A stretch of DNA of 64,000 bases, taken from a virus. The notes below the pieces were generated by a model, which searched no databases, was not told the origin of the DNA, and was given only the letters and a program-made list of their open reading frames with translations. The DNA lies in the IMG/VR virus record IMGVR_UViG_3300043331_002222; one strand, written 5' to 3'. The position numbers and the translations under genes were made by a program. Shown in pieces: positions 61,926 through 64,000 of this stretch. Every line of letters begins with the position of its first letter. Positions within the stretch are counted from its first letter, which is position 1.

Positions 61926-63920
61926 CTAGTTGAAACGACCGCGGTTGCGAAGCAGCGCGCTGGCCAGCTCGTACTCCTCTTGAGCGGCCTGCTTCTCGGC
62001 CTCGGTGGGCTCGACCGGCCGGTAGATGGGGCCGACCAGCTGGTGTCCCGGAGTCCGGGGCCGGTCGTAACGGGTCTCGGTCAGCACCCGTGCCGGGACC
62101 GGCAGGCTGGCCGCCTTGTGCCGCTCCCAGTACGCCATCAGCAGGGCCTCGGCCCGGTCCGGGCTGGCTCCGAGGCGCTGGCTGAGCTCGCTCTTCGGCT
62201 CGATCTTGATCTTGCCGTTCGTGGGCAGGACCTCGTAGGTGGCCGCGCACAGCTCCCCGAGGACGTCCACGTCCACCTCGGCGAGGTCGACGAGCCGGAG
62301 GCGGCACAGCTCCCGGAAGTTCCAGTACAGCTCGGCCCGAGCGTTCAGGTACTCGTCGCTAGACGGCTTCTCGCTCGACTTGAACGCCACGACCTCGGCG
62401 TCGTGCAGCAGGGTGGACCGGTCTCGCACGGTGGGCTGGTGCCGGGTCGAGATCCGCTTGAGCTCGCTGACCATCCCGTGGCCGACCCCGGTCGCGTCCA
62501 CGACGACCCGGGTGACTCCCCACTCTCGCAGCTGCGTGGCGACCTGGGTGGCCAGGGCGACCGTGTCTCCCTCGTCAGCCCAGACTCGCTGCCGACCGGC
62601 CCGTGGTCCCCGCCGCTCCCGGAGGACGGTCCGGTCCGCGCCGTCCCCGGCGACGTCCAGCCCCGCGCAGACGGGCGTGTCCTCGGGCAGGTCCAGCGTC
62701 GTGCAAGCGACCGCCCAGCTGAACGGCACCGTGCCGTTGTCGGCGTCGGTCGGGAACACTCCCTCGACCTTGGCCTGGTAGATCGCGCTGCGCTCCCCCC
62801 AGACGGCCCGCCGGTCCTCGGCCCAGCGCCTCGAGATCAGACTGGCCGCGACGTGCTCACTGACCGGCTCCCCGGTGAAGTTCGGGGTGGCCGAGGCGCC
62901 GACGTGGATGACGTTCCACGAACCCGGGTCGGTGACGTCGGTCGAGACCGTGACCGCCCCGTCACCGGTGTCGGCGTACTCGTGGTGGGCGTGACCCAGC
63001 GGGCTGGCCCCGCAGACCTCGCCGAACGCGGTGTTCGCATCATCGGGGTTGCCGATCGCGAGGAAGCGGCTCTCCTCGTTCGAGACCAGGGTCGAGGCGG
63101 CGTCCCACAGGCTACGGGGGATGCCGCACGCCTCGTCGAACACCACGAGGACGTAGCGGGCGTGGATGCCCTGGAACGCGTCCCGCTTGTAGTCCGGGGG
63201 CTTGCGGCCCATCGCGACGAGCTCCGAGCCGATGTACCACTCGCTGGTGAGGTTGACCCGGCCCTGCAGTCCGCCCTTGGTGTGCAGGCGCCCGATCTCG
63301 CGCCAGAGGATGGCGCGGACCTGGCTGGCGGTCGGGGCGGTCGTGACCACGAAGGCCGTGCCCGGCGGGTGGACGTCGTTCCACCACAGGACGCACACCG
63401 CCGAGCCAAACGACTTGCCGATCGTGTGGCAGGTGTGGACCGCGGTGCGGGGGTGGTCCCGGACCGACTCGATGATCCCGCGCTGCCGGCTCCAGAGCTC
63501 GACTCCGAGCCGGTCCCGTGCCCAGGCGACCGGGTCCCGGAGGTAGAGGGAGTCCTTCGGGTCAGCCCGCTCGACGACGTTCCCGACGTTGAAGTGGTCG
63601 ACCGCGTGGGCAATCGGGTCCCCGGGGTCGGCCGCGAACCCGACCACCGGGTTCTCGACGAGGTCGTCCAGACCCCACCCCGAGGTGACCACGCTCAGTC
63701 CCACCGGAACGGCCAGCTGACCAGGGCGGGAGCCGTTGTCGGGTGCTGCCTTGTCCCGTCGGGTGTCCCTGGCAGGTGTCCTGAGGTCAGCGCTCAGGTC
63801 GGCGAACAGGTCGTCCACGACCGCCACCCTAGCACCCAGAGGGTGGACAACATCTTCCATCATGTGGTAAGCTGGCTCCATGGACGAGATGACGAAGATG
63901 AGCGGCCACCAGCGGCGCAA
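61926..63920 (-). CDS. terL: Terminase large subunit (true start probably GTG 63818)
   Basis: LWSRQ, Walker A variant CHTIGKS, Walker B VVFDEA, IGNPD, nuclease GLDVA..G.D, VVDATGVG, SPDRAEA. Confidence 0.92.
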   Translation of the reverse strand: MRRWWPLIFVISSMEPAYHMMEDVVHPLGARVAVVDDLFADLSADLRTPARDTRRDKAAPDNGSRPGQLAVPVGLSVVTSGWGLDDLVENPVVGFAADPGDPIAHAVDHFNVGNVVERADPKDSLYLRDPVAWARDRLGVELWSRQRGIIESVRDHPRTAVHTCHTIGKSFGSAVCVLWWNDVHPPGTAFVVTTAPTASQVRAILWREIGRLHTKGGLQGRVNLTSEWYIGSELVAMGRKPPDYKRDAFQGIHARYVLVVFDEACGIPRSLWDAASTLVSNEESRFLAIGNPDDANTAFGEVCGASPLGHAHHEYADTGDGAVTVSTDVTDPGSWNVIHVGASATPNFTGEPVSEHVAASLISRRWAEDRRAVWGERSAIYQAKVEGVFPTDADNGTVPFSWAVACTTLDLPEDTPVCAGLDVAGDGADRTVLRERRGPRAGRQRVWADEGDTVALATQVATQLREWGVTRVVVDATGVGHGMVSELKRISTRHQPTVRDRSTLLHDAEVVAFKSSEKPSSDEYLNARAELYWNFRELCRLRLVDLAEVDVDVLGELCAATYEVLPTNGKIKIEPKSELSQRLGASPDRAEALLMAYWERHKAASLPVPARVLTETRYDRPRTPGHQLVGPIYRPVEPTEAEKQAAQEEYELASALLRNRGRFN
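63844..63873 (+). promoter_or_regulatory. Rightward promoter TGGACA-N18-TAAGCT
   Basis: Family match; ATG 63880 lies 6 nt downstream. Confidence 0.7.
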
Positions 63921-64000
63921 GCTGAAGGCTAAGCTCCGAGAACTCCGGTGCCGGCGTTGCCGGAACCAGGCACTCAGCTGCTCGATCGCCCTGGGAGAGT
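63880..64000 (+). CDS. Partial leaderless ORF (MDEMTKM..., runs off the window)
   Basis: Open to the end of the window; MDEM start shared with other leaderless genes. Confidence 0.5.
   Translation, partial: MDEMTKMSGHQRRKLKAKLRELRCRRCRNQALSCSIALGE

Noticed and set aside
61875-63932. 685-aa plus-strand ORF
   Set aside because: Antisense shadow of the terminase
1-64000. Inteins, introns, integrase, transposase, reverse transcriptase/DGR, tRNAs
   Set aside because: Core enzymes are of normal length with contiguous motifs, and no such signatures were recognised by eye; a formal search was not run

Overview
The window holds most of a high-GC tailed phage genome, probably a siphovirus of Actinobacteria, with a gene layout resembling cluster-B-like actinophages. 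No integrase, repressor cassette, tRNA or CRISPR array was seen. It has three blocks. (1) 72-9042 (minus strand): primase-helicase, small and membrane genes, and a DNA-hypermodification pair (5hmU-DNA-kinase-like P-loop kinase and amino acid:DNA transferase) with a phosphatase between them. (2) 9147-29466 (plus strand): endolysin, dNMP kinase, thymidylate-synthase-fold enzyme, dCMP deaminase, family A DNA polymerase, resolvase, SNF2 helicase, exonuclease/ATPase/SSB trio, dUTPase-like enzyme and an atypical C5-methyltransferase. (3) 29604-63920 (minus strand): virion genes from terminase to holin, with a 7-gene sugar-modification cluster inserted in the head module. The strongest leads are: a pyrimidine-modification toolkit whose key residues are non-canonical (Asp-type TS homologue next to a deaminase; C5-MTase with Asn->Lys in motif X); a StrF/StrG-like glycosylation cluster inside the capsid operon; a MuF polyprotein whose cargo domains are separated by a repeated FHxxGKHDQQSHAGG peptide also found on a neighbouring protein; a family of TGGACA-N17/18-TAnnnT promoters driving leaderless genes that begin M-D-E; and two promoter-driven structured RNA candidates. 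All functional calls come from motif recognition by eye; no searches were run. Many starts were adjusted from the ORF track using RBS, overlap and promoter evidence.
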